A DNA stretch of 63,283 bases, filler included, from Octopus bimaculoides (taxonomy: Eukaryota), in assembly GCF_001194135.2 (NCBI RefSeq). It is 3 parts of 3 records of this genome, joined end to end, with 100 filler letters (N's around TTAATTAATTAA, not from the genome) between each part and the next. Parts side by side here need not be neighbours in the genome. Positions count along the whole stretch, not along the records: positions 25,259 to 45,349 come from NC_068985.1; positions 45,450 to 63,283 come from NC_068981.1; 1 more part is not named here. One strand, written 5' to 3'. The notes under the pieces were generated by a model. The model worked only from the letters and a program-made list of their open reading frames with translations. It was not told the origin of the DNA and ran no database searches. Positions 37,876 through 50,780 of the stretch are shown here, piece by piece. The first letter of the stretch is position 1. The number at the start of each line of letters is the position of its first letter. The position numbers were made by a program, and so were the translations under genes.

Positions 37876-37895
37876 TGAATTCTCCCTATATATAT
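37690..37895 (+). mobile_element. Penelope-like terminal fragment with variant hammerhead fold (37740-37775), 3' end at (TA)n
   Basis: TTTT-CTGTTGAA-GAGC(GTAG)GCTC-GAAA-CG-T-T-AAAG; second copy at 59581-59760. Confidence 0.6.
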
Positions 37896-38099
37896 AAATA
37901 TGTATATAAGCAAAATAGCTAGCTGTAAAATCTCAAGAGATCAGAGTAATTAACTATAGTAACAAATAAGTCAACTGCCATATCCAAGTGATTGTTTCAT
38001 GTTACTACTAGTTTAACCCCAGGCAGATCTTCCGCCAGCTATTTATCGGTGCGGCGTTGCACCCTTTATATACAATATATATTGCTAGCAGAGGGAACG

Positions 38100-38617
38100 G
38101 TCCCCTACTCAAAGTGGTGGTCCGCGGACGGTGCCGGTACGCGGTGAGTTTCCAGAAAACAAAGAAACATTTACGGAGATGTGCTTGCATAGCAAGCGAC
38201 CTGATCTGAGATCGTGTGCTGGAACGAAAACAATTGCAGCGTGGAAGGTGCTTATAAGCCATTTAAGAAACACAAAAACCGTTAAATTCACTTCGACATT
38301 TAAATTTAAGATGCAGCACGGAATTTTGTCAGTGAACAGGTCGCGGTCTCAAAGAGACGAAAATATTTTGGCAAATTAAATTTAAATGTTGATGTCAATC
38401 TAACAGTTTATAAAATGCTTATAAGATGGTTATGTAATATTGTATTATTTATTTGTAAATAAATATATGATTAAAAAATTGTCAGCTTTTATTATATTCA
38501 TTATATATATTGTTTCCAGTATAAATTAATATTACTAAGAAATATTACCGATCCCTGGCACATTGGGTGGGGGAAAACTGCCGGTACGCCGCACCAGATA
38601 GTTTGAGAAGTACTGCT
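38100..38617. mobile_element. Non-autonomous hAT (Charlie-like) element
   Basis: CTACTCAAAGTGGTGGTCCGCGGAC at left; TTTGAGAAGTACTG at right (reverse CAGTACTTCTCAAA). Confidence 0.55.
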
Positions 38618-38633
38618 CTAGCAGATAACAGGA

Positions 38634-38682
38634 TCGCGAGACTGACTCAGTTTCCAGCTGGTTGGTTCGTCTTCAGTCACGA
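38634..38682 (-). ncRNA. Type I hammerhead fold, canonical core, GUC triplet
   Basis: TCGTGA-CTGAAGA-[15 nt, weak helix II]-GAAA-CTGA-G-TCAG-T-C-TCGCGA; predicted cut between 38640 and 38639. Confidence 0.7.
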
Positions 38683-39019
38683 GTACCTGATCGCCAGAGC
38701 GATAGCCAGGGTCCGCTCCAGCCAGAGATCTACCTGGTGTTAAACTAGTAGTAACATGGAACAGCCACTTTGATATAGCGATTGACTTTACTTGTTACTA
38801 CTCTGATCTCTTCATGAGATTTTACAACTAGCTATTTTGCTTGTTGCAAATCAGTGGCCGATGGTCGCTTTGTTTACAATATAATGCTGGCTGGATCGGA
38901 CCTTGGCTATCGCTCCTTCGACCGGCTACTCGCGACTGAAGATGTATGTCTGTATGTATGTATGTACGTATGTATGTATGTATGTATGTATGTATGTATG
39001 TATGTACGCATGTACGTGT

Positions 39020-39440
39020 GGAGGCGCAATGGCCCAGTGGTTAGAGCAGCGGACTCGCGGTCATGGGATCGCGGTTTCGATTCCCAGACCGGGCGTTGTG
39101 AGTGTTTATTGAGCGAAAACACCTAAAGCTCCATGAGGCTCCGGCAGGGGATGGTGGCCAACCCTGCTGTACTCTTTCACCACAATTTTCTCTCACTCTT
39201 ATTTCCTGTTTCTGTTGTGCNNNNNNNNNNNNNNNNNNNNNNNNNNNNNNNNNNNNNNNNNNNNNNNNNNNNNNNNNNNNNNNNNNNNNNNNNNNNNNNN
39301 NNNNNNNNNNNNNNNNNNNNNNNNNNNNNNNNNNNNNNNNNNNNNNNNNNNNNNNNNNNNNNNCATTAATTTCACGAGCAGGCTGTTCCGTTGATCGGAT
39401 CAACTGGAACCCTCGACGTCGTAAGCGACGGAGTGCCAAC
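39020..39440 (+). mobile_element. tRNA-derived SINE family D (interrupted by gap)
   Basis: GGAGGCGCAATGGCCCAGTGGTTAGAGCAGCGG...GGTTTCGATTCCC; matches 49899-50289. Confidence 0.85.
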
Positions 39441-39449
39441 ACACACGCA

Positions 39450-39455
39450 TGTACG

Positions 39456-39489
<34 letters not shown>

Positions 39490-39609
39490 TGTATGTATAT
39501 GGATGTACGCATGTATGCATGTATGCATGTTTGTACATACATTCACACGCACATCCATGCTTACATACATACATTCACACAAGCGTCCGTGCTTACACAC
39601 ATACATACA

Positions 39610-39643
<34 letters not shown>

Positions 39644-39705
39644 CATACATACATACACACACACATACATACATACATACAAACATACATACATACATAC
39701 ATACA
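39450..39705. repeat. (TGTA)n followed by (TACA)n, head-to-head microsatellites
   Basis: Direct reading. Confidence 0.9.
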
Positions 39706-40265
39706 ACTAGATGTGTATGTGTATTAATTCTAGTAAGCATACGCGTTAGTTCTATTATCCATACGACTGCACATGGAGTATTTAAATATTTTCGATATTG
39801 TAAAGCACTGATGCAGCTGAGTTCTTTTTAAGTTTTAAGAAAGACGTCGTTGTAAATGAATACCAGATATTTCTGCAAGTAATTGAAACTGTCAAACAGT
39901 TACATAGTACTTCTTCTGTTTATACCACTAATTCCTGTAATTACTACTTATAGATACAATCTCCCAGCGTAATGGCGATTAAAAGCGTTTGTTATCTGGT
40001 ATATGTGGGTTTTCATGCTTCAAGAATAGTTATTAAAGGATTACTCTCTCAGCTTCTATAGATCAGCAACATAATTTACACGGTGCAACGTGGGAGTATA
40101 TGTAGGCATACCTCAACTTACGTCGGTAATTGGTTCTAAAACATGCAACTTAACTAGAAAAACGACGAAACACGAAAAGAATTTCAAAAATTGTTAGTTT
40201 GTATCTATTTTAATAAATGGTTTGTATATATTTTCACATGTATTTAGTTTGATGTTCCACTTCAG

Positions 40266-40422
40266 CAGGGCCGGCTCAAGGTACCGGCAACTCGGGTAGT
40301 CGCCCGTGTGCTAGGGGCACCAAGGAGAGTGTGACAATGACAAGGAAATTTCCACGATCGTCAGCTTGTACACGCCGAAGTTCAGCTTGCCCGGGGTGCC
40401 AGCAACCCTAGGGCCTGCCCTG
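40266..40422. mobile_element. 157-bp hAT MITE with perfect 8-bp TSD
   Basis: Termini CAGGGCCGGCTC...GGGCCTGCCCTG; CACTTCAG at 40258-40265 and 40423-40430; partial copy at 48554-48645. Confidence 0.85.
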
Positions 40423-41101
40423 CACTTCAGTATTGACATTTTAGGGTTTTTTAATATTTTTATGCTCTTAAATATTTTCGCTGGGACCGACTACAGTCGG
40501 ATAAATTTCTTTAAAAAAAAAAGAAGTAAAGTCGAAAAATACGTAACTCGAAACGACATGTGTTGGGGTAACGCCTGTACTTGGAAGATTGTACTGAGAA
40601 ATTTAACCTGCTGGAAATAGTAACCAAGTTGTCCTCAAAAACACTCTTGCATTTTTTTAAAAAGAGAAACATTAAATAAGGTTGTCCTTAATCACCCTAA
40701 ATAGCTGGGATTGTCAGAATGTCTTCAACCGGAACTCGGCTGGTTCTGCGGTTAAACAACTTCAACGATATTACAAGAATATCTGACCTTCTTCACTCAC
40801 ATTCCTTTCATGTTTTTGTTTTTGTTTTTATGAATAAACGCAGAAATTATCTACAATTAGTTCTTAAAGTGCTAGCGAAAATTTTTCAGCAATGGAATCA
40901 CCAGTTCATATTTCCTGCCACACATTGAGAGGGAGAATCTATTACAATACAGTAAGTAGAGCATTGTAGAATGGATTAACGTACAGCTGAGAACAGTACA
41001 GCATACTACAGTGTGGTGTTGTAGAGTATATTACATTATAGCTGTCAACTGTATACTTCAGTAGAGTACAGCAGGATACCGTACAATAGAGTACAACATA
41101 C

Positions 41102-41960
41102 GGATCTTTGTGGTTTTCGTCACTGTTTACAATTGTCTTTAAAAAAATTTCCTAATGTATCATATATATATAAATTTTGACGCTGAATCTGAATTTGCTA
41201 TTCATTTATTCCAGAAAAAATTTGCAAAAGTGTTATTGGTTTTCAAAGTTTGATCATTTTCTAAATTTTCAGCCAATCAGAAAACAGCGCGTTCGCTGTC
41301 TCTTCCATCATCAGGGCGGGAGACATCGGCATGTCAAAACATTAAACTAGCTACGCGAGCAAATTAAATATTTAAAAGCTACGAACAAGCCGACAGGAGT
41401 TGTTAGAAATTACAGTCAAAACATTATTTAAAACAGACATTTATTAGTTAAAAAATTTCAAGAACGAAAGTTTGCAATACACTCTAGGATCTTATAAAAT
41501 AAATTATCTTTCTCGTATCTCCTTCTTCGCATAAATTCACAAATATAAGAGTCAACCATGCCCAGGTACTTTCAATTTGTTGAATGTGAGCCCCATCTGT
41601 TATGAAAACAAACAATTATAGATCAAGTCGTGATTACACTCCTTGTGCGCATACGCAGCATCCTTGGTTACTATGGAAACAGAGTTCTTCACAATCAGCT
41701 ATGGAACATTTAGTGCTTCTTTGCTTTGGTTACTATAGAAACAGACTTCTTCGCCACGGTGAAGTCTAAAATACTCGCTTCTGATTGACTAAAATACCTA
41801 AATTTTGCAAATTTTAAAGGCTAATAATAACTTTTTAATTATGGATTTATAGGGGAAATGAATTTTATTTTCATAATTTGTATACAAAACTTAATCCATA
41901 TACCAAATTTGAAAACAATTGGATCAAAGTTGTAGACAGTGACGAAAACCACAAAGATCC
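41102..41960. mobile_element. 859-bp non-autonomous DNA transposon, 31-bp TIRs starting GG, 8-bp TSD
   Basis: GGATCTTTGTGGTTTTCGTCACTGT(T/C)TACAA at both ends (30/31); flanks CAACATAC / CAACATCC. Confidence 0.85.
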
Positions 41961-42159
41961 CAACATCCTGCTATAGAGTATAGTATAGAGTACAAAATGA
42001 TATAGTAGAACTCGGTACAGTAAAGTGCAGAACCGTAAAATACATTACAGTATAGTACAATGTAGTGCAATGTTACACTGGAATAGAAATACTAATAGTA
42101 TAGAGTAGTACTACAGTACGTTTCAGTACAGCATAGTACCACAGTACTGTACAAAGTAA

Positions 42160-42430
42160 TCAGAAGGCATGGGGGTCCGTGTGTGATGCTAGAGTGAAGC
42201 GCTTTGAAACTGAATGTAGGAGACTGCTTCAAGAGATGAGGAGACGTCGTCATCAACTCCCTAACGGCTGTTGCTCGGGGTCATTTTCGGTGCCCTCAGT
42301 ACCACAAGATCTGTCTATTGCATATCGGTCTTGCCAGCCACGTCCGCTCCCATGAGAAACAATGTGCTAGAGGCGAAGTAAGATGCATGTCTTGGATCGA
42401 CGCTGTCATCAACTTTGATGGGTGTCATGA
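42160..42430 (+). mobile_element. RTE-BovB-like LINE 3' fragment
   Basis: FRCPQYHKICLLHIGLASHVRSH, degenerate C-terminal C2H2 motif. Confidence 0.55.
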
Positions 42431-43096
42431 ACCAAAAGAGCTGTACAAAATAGTACAGTAGAATACACTACCGCTTAGTGTAGTACTACAGTTCATTACA
42501 TTACAGTACAGGAGAATACATTACTATAATAGAATAACATAGGATAAAAGCAGTACAGCAGTCATTCCTACAAAACGGTACAATGCAGTATAGACCAATG
42601 TATAAAGCCGATAGACGACAATTCACTTTTGCATCATTTTGATAACGTATTTTACGACACTTGTAGAGAGACGAATTTAAATGTAGTAACTGGTTTATTG
42701 TGAAAAATTTTTTCTGGTGAACGTGGCAAGGTCCAGTAATCTGGATCGGCTGTTAAAGGAGGAATGTCGGATGGATTTCGGTTAATAGACTGTAGAAAAA
42801 ACATGTTAGTATGATTGGCGCTAATTTACAATGTTTAGTTGAGTCATGGATTACTCAACTAAACTCTTTGATTTAACTTTGACAATGTATTTAGTTATAC
42901 CACCACCGTGTTCTGACTCTAAATTCCTCTAACATCAACTTTGCTTTTTCTGGGGTAATTAAAATAAAGAACACCAGTTATGAACTGAGGTCGATTTAAT
43001 CGACTACACCCAGTCTTAAAATATGTGACCTTATTTAGTGCAAAGATTTTTATCACTAAACGATCTCAGTCGAGACGGACCAAAGTTAATCTTAAC

Positions 43097-43153
<57 letters not shown>

Positions 43154-44895
43154 GTCAACCAATACATTTATTCTATTTTTCAACATCCTCTTTCATTTCC
43201 TCAAGTGTTAGTTCACGAATTGTTGTGCTCTCACAACTGACCAATCATCTTCTACTATTAGTCTGTAGCCGGAGCAAAGTCAACAGCTATGCTCATAACT
43301 TGGTAAAATCAATGCATTTTGCCCCACTAGCCCCAACACGAACTACATCTTCAGTTTTAAGAGTTGCCGATGATTTTCTCCAAAACATGTCATAACAAAA
43401 TCTTTTTGAATGTGAAATGCCGAGAACTGAGAAAGTCAAATATTTCTTCATTTTTTTGTTGCCTTTTTTTTAATGAAAAGTTAACTGCTAATCGTAAATC
43501 TTAATAAATGACCAGTTGTTGTTTTTTTTTTGTTTTTTTTTTGTCTTTTGGGGTTTTTTTTTTTTTCAATATCTTCTGCTAGTGTTCCAATCACTGTCCA
43601 GGTATGACTGCATTACTGTTTTAAGATTTATTTCCTCTGCTAATGTTTCTGTTACTGCCCAAGCCTCACCACTATAGAACAAGAGCTCTGTCAATGCAGC
43701 TTGGCACCAAGAATAGCAAGACTATGTTGGCCGACGGCTTTTTCTGTTTCTAGACTGAGGGCTCAGTTACGGTGTTCAGGTTCTGGTTCAAGCTGGACCT
43801 TCAAGTGAATAAGAACTGGATAAGTTTGTGAACAAAGTAGCCTGCCTCACTTTGAAATTGGCTGAGATTTCTGAAGGGTCGGGTGGAAAATGACTAATGT
43901 GTACATCGCCTTGGTTATGTACTATCACCTAACCACTATACTTTGTCCCAACAAACATTCGATCAGCTTAGAGTGTATTCTATTATATGCAGCAAGAAGT
44001 ATCCCGAGATTTCCATAGAGTGGATGTTGGCAGTAGATGAATTTCATGACTGGCAAAGTATCTACTGCTAACACCTACTCTGTGGAAATCTTGGGATGTT
44101 GTCACTAATAACGCACAGGCACAAACTAAGACTGCCACGTATTCAGAATTCCTGTCCACGTCTCATAACTATACAACAGAATTGTTTCAATGCATATTCT
44201 TTCTGCAAATCTTTCTTTTATTATCCACAGCCCTACAACTATACAACAGTAATGTGTCAATATAAACTTATTAAAGAATCATTTTAATTCAAGCACTGAC
44301 TGAACAATTATTCGAAGTAAAGTAAAGTTTCTGCTAATTGATGTCTTTGGACTTTGCTTATAATCGTTTCTGTTGTCGGTTATGTCACATCTAAGATGTG
44401 AGTAGATGTCTATTCACAAACCCAACAACAACTGACCACCCTTCAATTTCTACCCATCCCACTCCTCTCACTCATCTCCCAACTCTTCGCTTCTACTACT
44501 ACCTCCTTAACACCCTTATTGTTAACCCCTCCCTCTTATTTATTTGACACTCTTATCTCCTTTCACCTTTCCCTGTTTCAACATTCTTCAAACCCACATA
44601 GATCCTCCTACTTCCTCTCTCTCCAATACCCCTCGCTCTCCACATTTAAACATCCCACCTTTAAAGTTCTGCATCATGATCTAAAATGTACGATCATGTT
44701 TTTATACCTTGATGATGGATGCTCCATTTATCCAATGTTTATTTCCTTCCATTACGGCTTGCATATTGCGGTGAACTACATCTAACAACATTATGATGGA
44801 TCTCCGAGCCCCCAGAAACAGCTGTTGGACTTATAACATCTTACTTCTTCCTCCTTAATTTTTTCTGTCATCGTCTGAAAGTTTACATGTATACA

Positions 44896-44930
<35 letters not shown>

Positions 44931-44966
44931 GTGCTTAATTTGATCATTCGCATAAATTTCTCTCTA

Positions 44967-45071
<105 letters not shown>

Positions 45072-45349
45072 TTATTAATATTTCTAAGTCTCTCTAAAGG
45101 AGACTACGGCAGCGGTACTGGAAATTAATAGTTATCGCCAAGCCAACATGGCAGTCCCAAAATTAGGACGAAAGCTGCCGTGAATTAGCTCCAAGAAGCC
45201 ATCGCCTCTAGCTAGCTATGTGACACACGAAACCTGTGTCCTTTATAACCTTCGAACAGGGGAGGTCAGCAGGTTCCCCTTGCTGGTTTGGCATCTGCAG
45301 ACTAGTTTCAGGGTGTTGCCCCTTGTCAATGCAGAGCAGCCAAGCTCCA

Positions 45350-45449
45350 NNNNNNNNNNNNNNNNNNNNNNNNNNNNNNNNNNNNNNNNNNNNTTAATTA
45401 ATTAANNNNNNNNNNNNNNNNNNNNNNNNNNNNNNNNNNNNNNNNNNNN
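45350..45449. other. Assembly placeholder (44N-TTAATTAATTAA-44N)
   Basis: Same construct as 25159-25258. Confidence 0.9.
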
Positions 45450-45496
<47 letters not shown>

Positions 45497-45700
45497 CAGG
45501 GTGTTTCAAAAACTTTGATATCATTTGAGATGTGAATATTACAGAAACTACTTGTCAAAGCAAATGAAGCTAAACAGGCTTAATGTTGAGCAACATAAGA
45601 TTTATTCCTCCAAATTTGAATGAGAAATCCGAAGGTATGTGGATTCCATGAACGATTTCACAAATGTTCAATATGTACACCGCCTGAGACACGGCACACG
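45497..45700 (-). mobile_element. 3' end and TIR of a Tc1/mariner element
   Basis: TA|CAGGGTGTTTCAAAA; minus strand VCRVSGGVHIEHL*. Confidence 0.7.
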
Positions 45701-46974
45701 GCGCACGACTCGCTCGACCTGCTTCTTCTCGTCCGTCGACTGCCTCGGTCGCGTGACCTAGCGTCTCCTGGCGCTCGTAACACACGGACACACACACTCG
45801 CGGTCGGTATCACCGCCGAGACGACGGTCTATGTATACATATATATGTATGTATTTATGTATGTATACATGTGTACATATACATGTGTGTATATGTGCAC
45901 ACATGTGTATAGATATGTGTTGTGTGCGTGTATGTGTATGTGCGTATATGTACACTGTACCACCTGTGAGAATTGAATTGGTGACCTCAAACCAATAAAC
46001 AAAGCACAAGTCATCTTTTAACAAGAACACAATACTGACCACTCCTTATCTACTATTAATCCTATTTCTATTTTCTATTTATTTATATATATATATAATA
46101 ATAATAATATTAGGGAATAAATTATTATTCCAATCTTACAGGTAAAATTCAGTATAATAATATTAGACCGAATTTCGTAATATATATGTATAACTGGTGG
46201 TTCGTCTCTAAATTAGTTATATATATNNNNNNNNNNNNNNNNNNNNNNNNNNNNNNNNNNNNNNNNNNNNNNNNNNNNNNNNNNNNNNNNNNNNNNNNNN
46301 NNNNNNNNNNNNNNNNNNNNNNNNNNNNNNNNNNNNNNNNNNNNNNNNNNNNNNNNNNNNNNNNNNNNNNNNNNNNNNNNNNNNNNNNNNNNNNNNNNNN
46401 NNNNNNNNNNNNNNNNNNNNNNNNNNNNNNNNNNNNNNNNNNNNNNNNNNNNNNNNNNNNNNNNNNNNNNNNNNNNNNNNNNNNNNNNNNNNNNNNNNNN
46501 NNNNNNNNNNNNNNNNNNNNNNNNNNNNNNNNNNNNNNNNNNNNNNNNNNNNNNNNNNNNNNNNNNNNNNNNNNNNNNNNNNNNNNNNNNNNNNNNNNNN
46601 NNNNNNNNNNNNNNNNNNNNNNNNNNNNNNNNNNNNNNNNNNNNNNNNNNNNNNNNNNNNNNNNNNNNNNNNNNNNNNNNNNNNNNNNNNNNNNNNNNNN
46701 NNNNNNNNNNNNNNNNNNNNNNNNNNNNNNNNNNNNNNNNNNNNNNNNNNNNNNNNNNNNNNNNNNNNNNNNNNNNNNNNNNNNNNNNNNNNNNNNNNNN
46801 NNNNNNNNNNNNNNNNNNNNNNNNNNNNNNNNNNNNNNNNNNNNNNNNNNNNNNNNNNNNNNNNNNNNNNNNNNNNNNNACGATATATACATTCAAGTGA
46901 TCAGCTAGTACTCATAAAAAAAAGCACCTTAATATATCATCGTACAAAACATTACAGCGTTTCTCAAAAGTCAT

Positions 46975-47770
46975 CACAACATCACACGAAAAACGACATC
47001 GCTTAAATGGCAACCATCTTCGGCTTCGCACGCCCGTGCTCTTTCCAAAACTTGCACCATAACACCCTCAAGAGCTTCAGACTCCACTTCTCTGATTTCT
47101 CTATTGATTTTCTCCTTCAGTTTGCACCAGGGTTTCCGGTTTGTTGACATAAACCCTCTCTTTCATGTATCCCACAAGAAAAAATCCCGGCTATTCAAGT
47201 CTGGGGAACGTGAAGGCCATTCAAAGTAGGCCTCACACATGGTTCCAGCAAGATGGGGCAACTGTTCATATCGCAAGAGAAACAATGCAGTTACTACGGC
47301 AGTGGTTTGCAGAGAGAATAATCTCCCGCTACGGCAATGTTAACTGGCCTTCACTTCACGTTCCCCAGACTTGAATAGCCCGGATGTTTTCTTGTGGGTA
47401 TACCTGAATGAGAGGGTTTACGTCAACAAATCCGAGACCCTGGTGCAACTGAAGGACAACATCAATAGAGATATCAGAGAAGTAGGGTCTGAAACTCTTG
47501 AGGGTGTTATGGTGCAAGTTTTGGAAAGAGCACGGGCATGCGAAGCCGAAAATGGCTGCCATTTAAGCGATGAGATTTTTCATATGTGATGTAGTGGTGT
47601 TGCAAAATTTGACTTGTCCATATTNNNNNNNNNNCGGAACCATGTGATTAGTAAGCAAGCTACTTACCACACAGCCACTCCTATGCCTATATTGTTCTTT
47701 ATATTGCGTCAAAATTTCATGAAGGAATTATTAAAAATTGAAACCCATCAGTGACTTTTGGGACACCCCG
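46975..47770 (+). mobile_element. Tc1/mariner 3' portion with an inverted duplicate of the transposase C-terminus
   Basis: WFQQDGATVH...NWP...SPDLNSPDVFLWVYL...ENGCHLSDEIFHM*; TIR-like end TTTTGGGACACCCCG|TA; 46975-47219 is the reverse complement of 47345-47598. Confidence 0.8.
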
Positions 47771-48159
47771 TAGTAATATACAAGAGCAAAAGAAAAGGGT
47801 GTAGCATAGTCATAAATGATAGAGAAATATTTAGATCAACGTTTAGTTAACAAAAGAAAAAAAACCAAATATCACGACAAATTTGTTTCTTAACAAAAAA
47901 AAACATGCAAACAACTAGTATTATCATGTTTAATAATAAATAAATTACTTACATGTCTACAGTATCGGAAAATGCTACGTCGTCAGCTAAAAGAAAGACT
48001 TTCCTTCTCCTGACAAAGTAGCTTAAATTCTGCATTAATTTGAACGAATTTTTTGCATTTTTCAAAAATGCAGACATGTAAGTAATTTATTTATTATTGA
48101 ATATGATAATATAAGCGCCTATGTATCCACCTTTTTCTTTTTATATCAAGCTCTTTTTA

Positions 48160-48406
48160 CTCTTTACTCTTTTACTTGTTTGTCATTTAACTGCGGCCAT
48201 GCTGGAGCACCGCCTTTAGTCGAGCAAATCGACCCCAGGACTTATTTTTGCTAAGCTTAGTACTTATTCCATCGGTCACTTTTGCCGAACCGCTAAGTTA
48301 CGGGGACGTAAACACACCAGCATCGGTTGTCAAGCGATGTTGGAGGGACAAACATAGACACACAAACACGCACACACACAAACACACACACACACACACA
48401 CAAACA

Positions 48407-48458
<52 letters not shown>

Positions 48459-48550
48459 TATATATATACATATATACGACGGGCTTCTTTCAGTTTCCGT
48501 CTACCAAATCCACTCACAAGGCTTTGGTCGGCGCGAGGCCATAGTAGAAG
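48160..48550 (-). mobile_element. Family A SINE, 5' end replaced by a hAT MITE fragment (48554-48645)
   Basis: Near-consensus 3' half, (CA)n, then the junction AGTAGAAG|TAGCAGGGTTGG. Confidence 0.8.
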
Positions 48551-49029
48551 TAGCAGGGTTGGCTCTAGGATTGCTGACGCCCCAAGCAAACTGAACTTCG
48601 GCGTGTACAAGCTGACGGTCGTGGAAATCTCCTTGTCTTTGTCACTAGTGGTGGTGGTAGTGGTGGTGGTGGTGGTGATGGTGGTGGTGGTGTGGTAACA
48701 ATTTAAATAGTAGCAATAAAAAAGCATGCAAATATCTAATATTATCATATTCAACTAGCTGGATCCGTAAAAACTTAGAAACTTCGGACACTGACTGAAT
48801 GTGTAACGTAGAACAGGGTTTACTCTTAACGTTTTTTTACAAAATTTTGTATTTTAGAGGTTATTTCGGGTTAAAGTTCTCGTATTTGGGTCATTTTAAC
48901 CAATCAATGATGTGTATTCAGCTGAAGAAAGTTACTACTGCTGTTTACGAACAACTTCTGGCTCATTATTTATACAGAATTATTACTGAGACACTTTTTA
49001 TTATTATGCGGGCGCGCGTGCATGTGTGC

Positions 49030-49065
<36 letters not shown>

Positions 49066-49898
49066 GTGGAGAGAGGTATAAGACGGAACGTAAACAAACC
49101 AGCACCAGTGTCAAGCGCTGGGAGCATGCAAACACAAAGACATAAACACACGTTATATACAATGGGCTTCCACACAGTTTCCGTCTACCAGATTCATTCA
49201 CAAGGCACTGGTCGCTCTGGGGATATGGAAGAATACATTTGACCAAAATACCGCGCAACGGGACTGGAATTCGAAACTATGTGGTTGCAAACCTGGCTTC
49301 TTAACCACACAACAGTTGTTATTATGTTTGTTGTTGTTGCTTTCTTATAATTTTCCATGCAAAGTGACGCCAGTAATTTTTGTTCGATTTCCAGTGTACC
49401 ACGAACTGAAAATGACTAAGAACTACCAAAACAGTTTTTGGCGAGTAATAATCGAGCAGTTTTTGGTAATTACGTAAGATAAGGACAAAGCAGTCTTGTA
49501 AAGGATTGGAATAGATTTCATTCAAACTACGTCGAGAGTTTGGTAGGTGTTGCAAGATAGTTGCAGGAGTTGTAGTTAGATTTATCTTCCAGTGTCACAT
49601 AATATATATTCACAATTAGGCTATGAAAGAGCCTCTACGTTGTCACTTAACCTACTTGAAATAGCAACCACAGCCCCCTCAAATTACATCCCTTTTAGTC
49701 TCTAGAAAAAAGAAAAAGAGAAAGAAGATATTAGATAATGTGATACTACATATAGTAAAACGTTTTGAATTCTTCTTGATCACAGGATCTACTTGATTAG
49801 AACAGATCTGTGGATTAGCGAACAATATTAAATTAATGCTGGAAGTGGCCTAAGTAAGTTAACATTACTTTAATAATTGATTGCTTCTGGTTAACTAA

Positions 49899-50289
49899 TG
49901 GAGGCGCAATGGCCCAGTGGTTAGGGCAGCGGACTCGCGGTCATAGGATCGCGGTTTCGATTCCCAGACCGGGCGTTGTGAGTGTCTATTGAGCGAAAAC
50001 ACCTTAAAAAAAGCTCCACAAGGCTCCGGCATGGAATGGTGGCGAACCCTTCTGTACTCTTCCACCACAACTTTCTCACTCTTACTTCCTGTTTCTGTTG
50101 TGCCTGTAATTCAAAGGGTCAGCCTTGTCACGCTGTGTTACGCTGAATATCCCCGAGAACTACTTTAAGGGTACACGTGTCTGTGGAGTGCTCAGCCACT
50201 TGCACGTTAATTTCACGAGCAGGCTGTTCCGTTGATCGGATCAACTGGAACCCTCGACGTCGTAAGCGACGGAGTGCCAACAACAACAA
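49899..50289 (+). mobile_element. Full-length family D SINE with (CAA)n tail and 12-bp TSD
   Basis: tRNA-like head; CTGGTTAACTAA at 49887-49898 and 50290-50301. Confidence 0.9.
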
Positions 50290-50443
50290 CTGGTTAACTA
50301 ACCTAATTTATTTTCTTAAATATGCTAATTTTTCCAGCCTTGTGGTGTAAATTATCTGCTTAGTGATTCTGTCATTCACTACCACGGCAAATATGGTAAA
50401 TAGAAGATCTAATCCTAGCAAACGGTGATGATAATGGTGATGG

Positions 50444-50476
<33 letters not shown>

Positions 50477-50549
50477 CGACGATGAAGACGACAGCAAACA
50501 TTATGATGACGAAGATGATAATAACCTTGTCACTTTGTTATTATTATTA

Positions 50550-50780
50550 TTATTTATATTGTCCATCCTGAAATACTGTACTACTTATATAGAATTTATT
50601 TAATTTATCCTCGTCCTTAACTACACATCTATATACGACGTTAGTAACCTGACAGGAACCATCCGACGGACATAATTCGGGGTTTCTACAATTACATTTC
50701 TTCCCAGGGCCTTTCCTAGTTTTATTTTTATTTTTACTTTTACTTTTTGCATCATCAGTTCTCGACAGGTTTCCTTCTAT
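50550..50780 (-). mobile_element. Penelope-like GIY-YIG endonuclease fragment
   Basis: CNCRNPELCPSDGSCQVTNVVYRCVV...KFYISST. Confidence 0.65.

Noticed and set aside
39020-39095. tRNA-like sequences here and at 3330-3395, 49900-49975, 52530-52600
   Set aside because: SINE heads; no complete cloverleaf and they continue into SINE bodies.
44700-44830. Two further hammerhead-like motifs
   Set aside because: One lacks GAAA, the other has an internal deletion removing the core; used only as family evidence.
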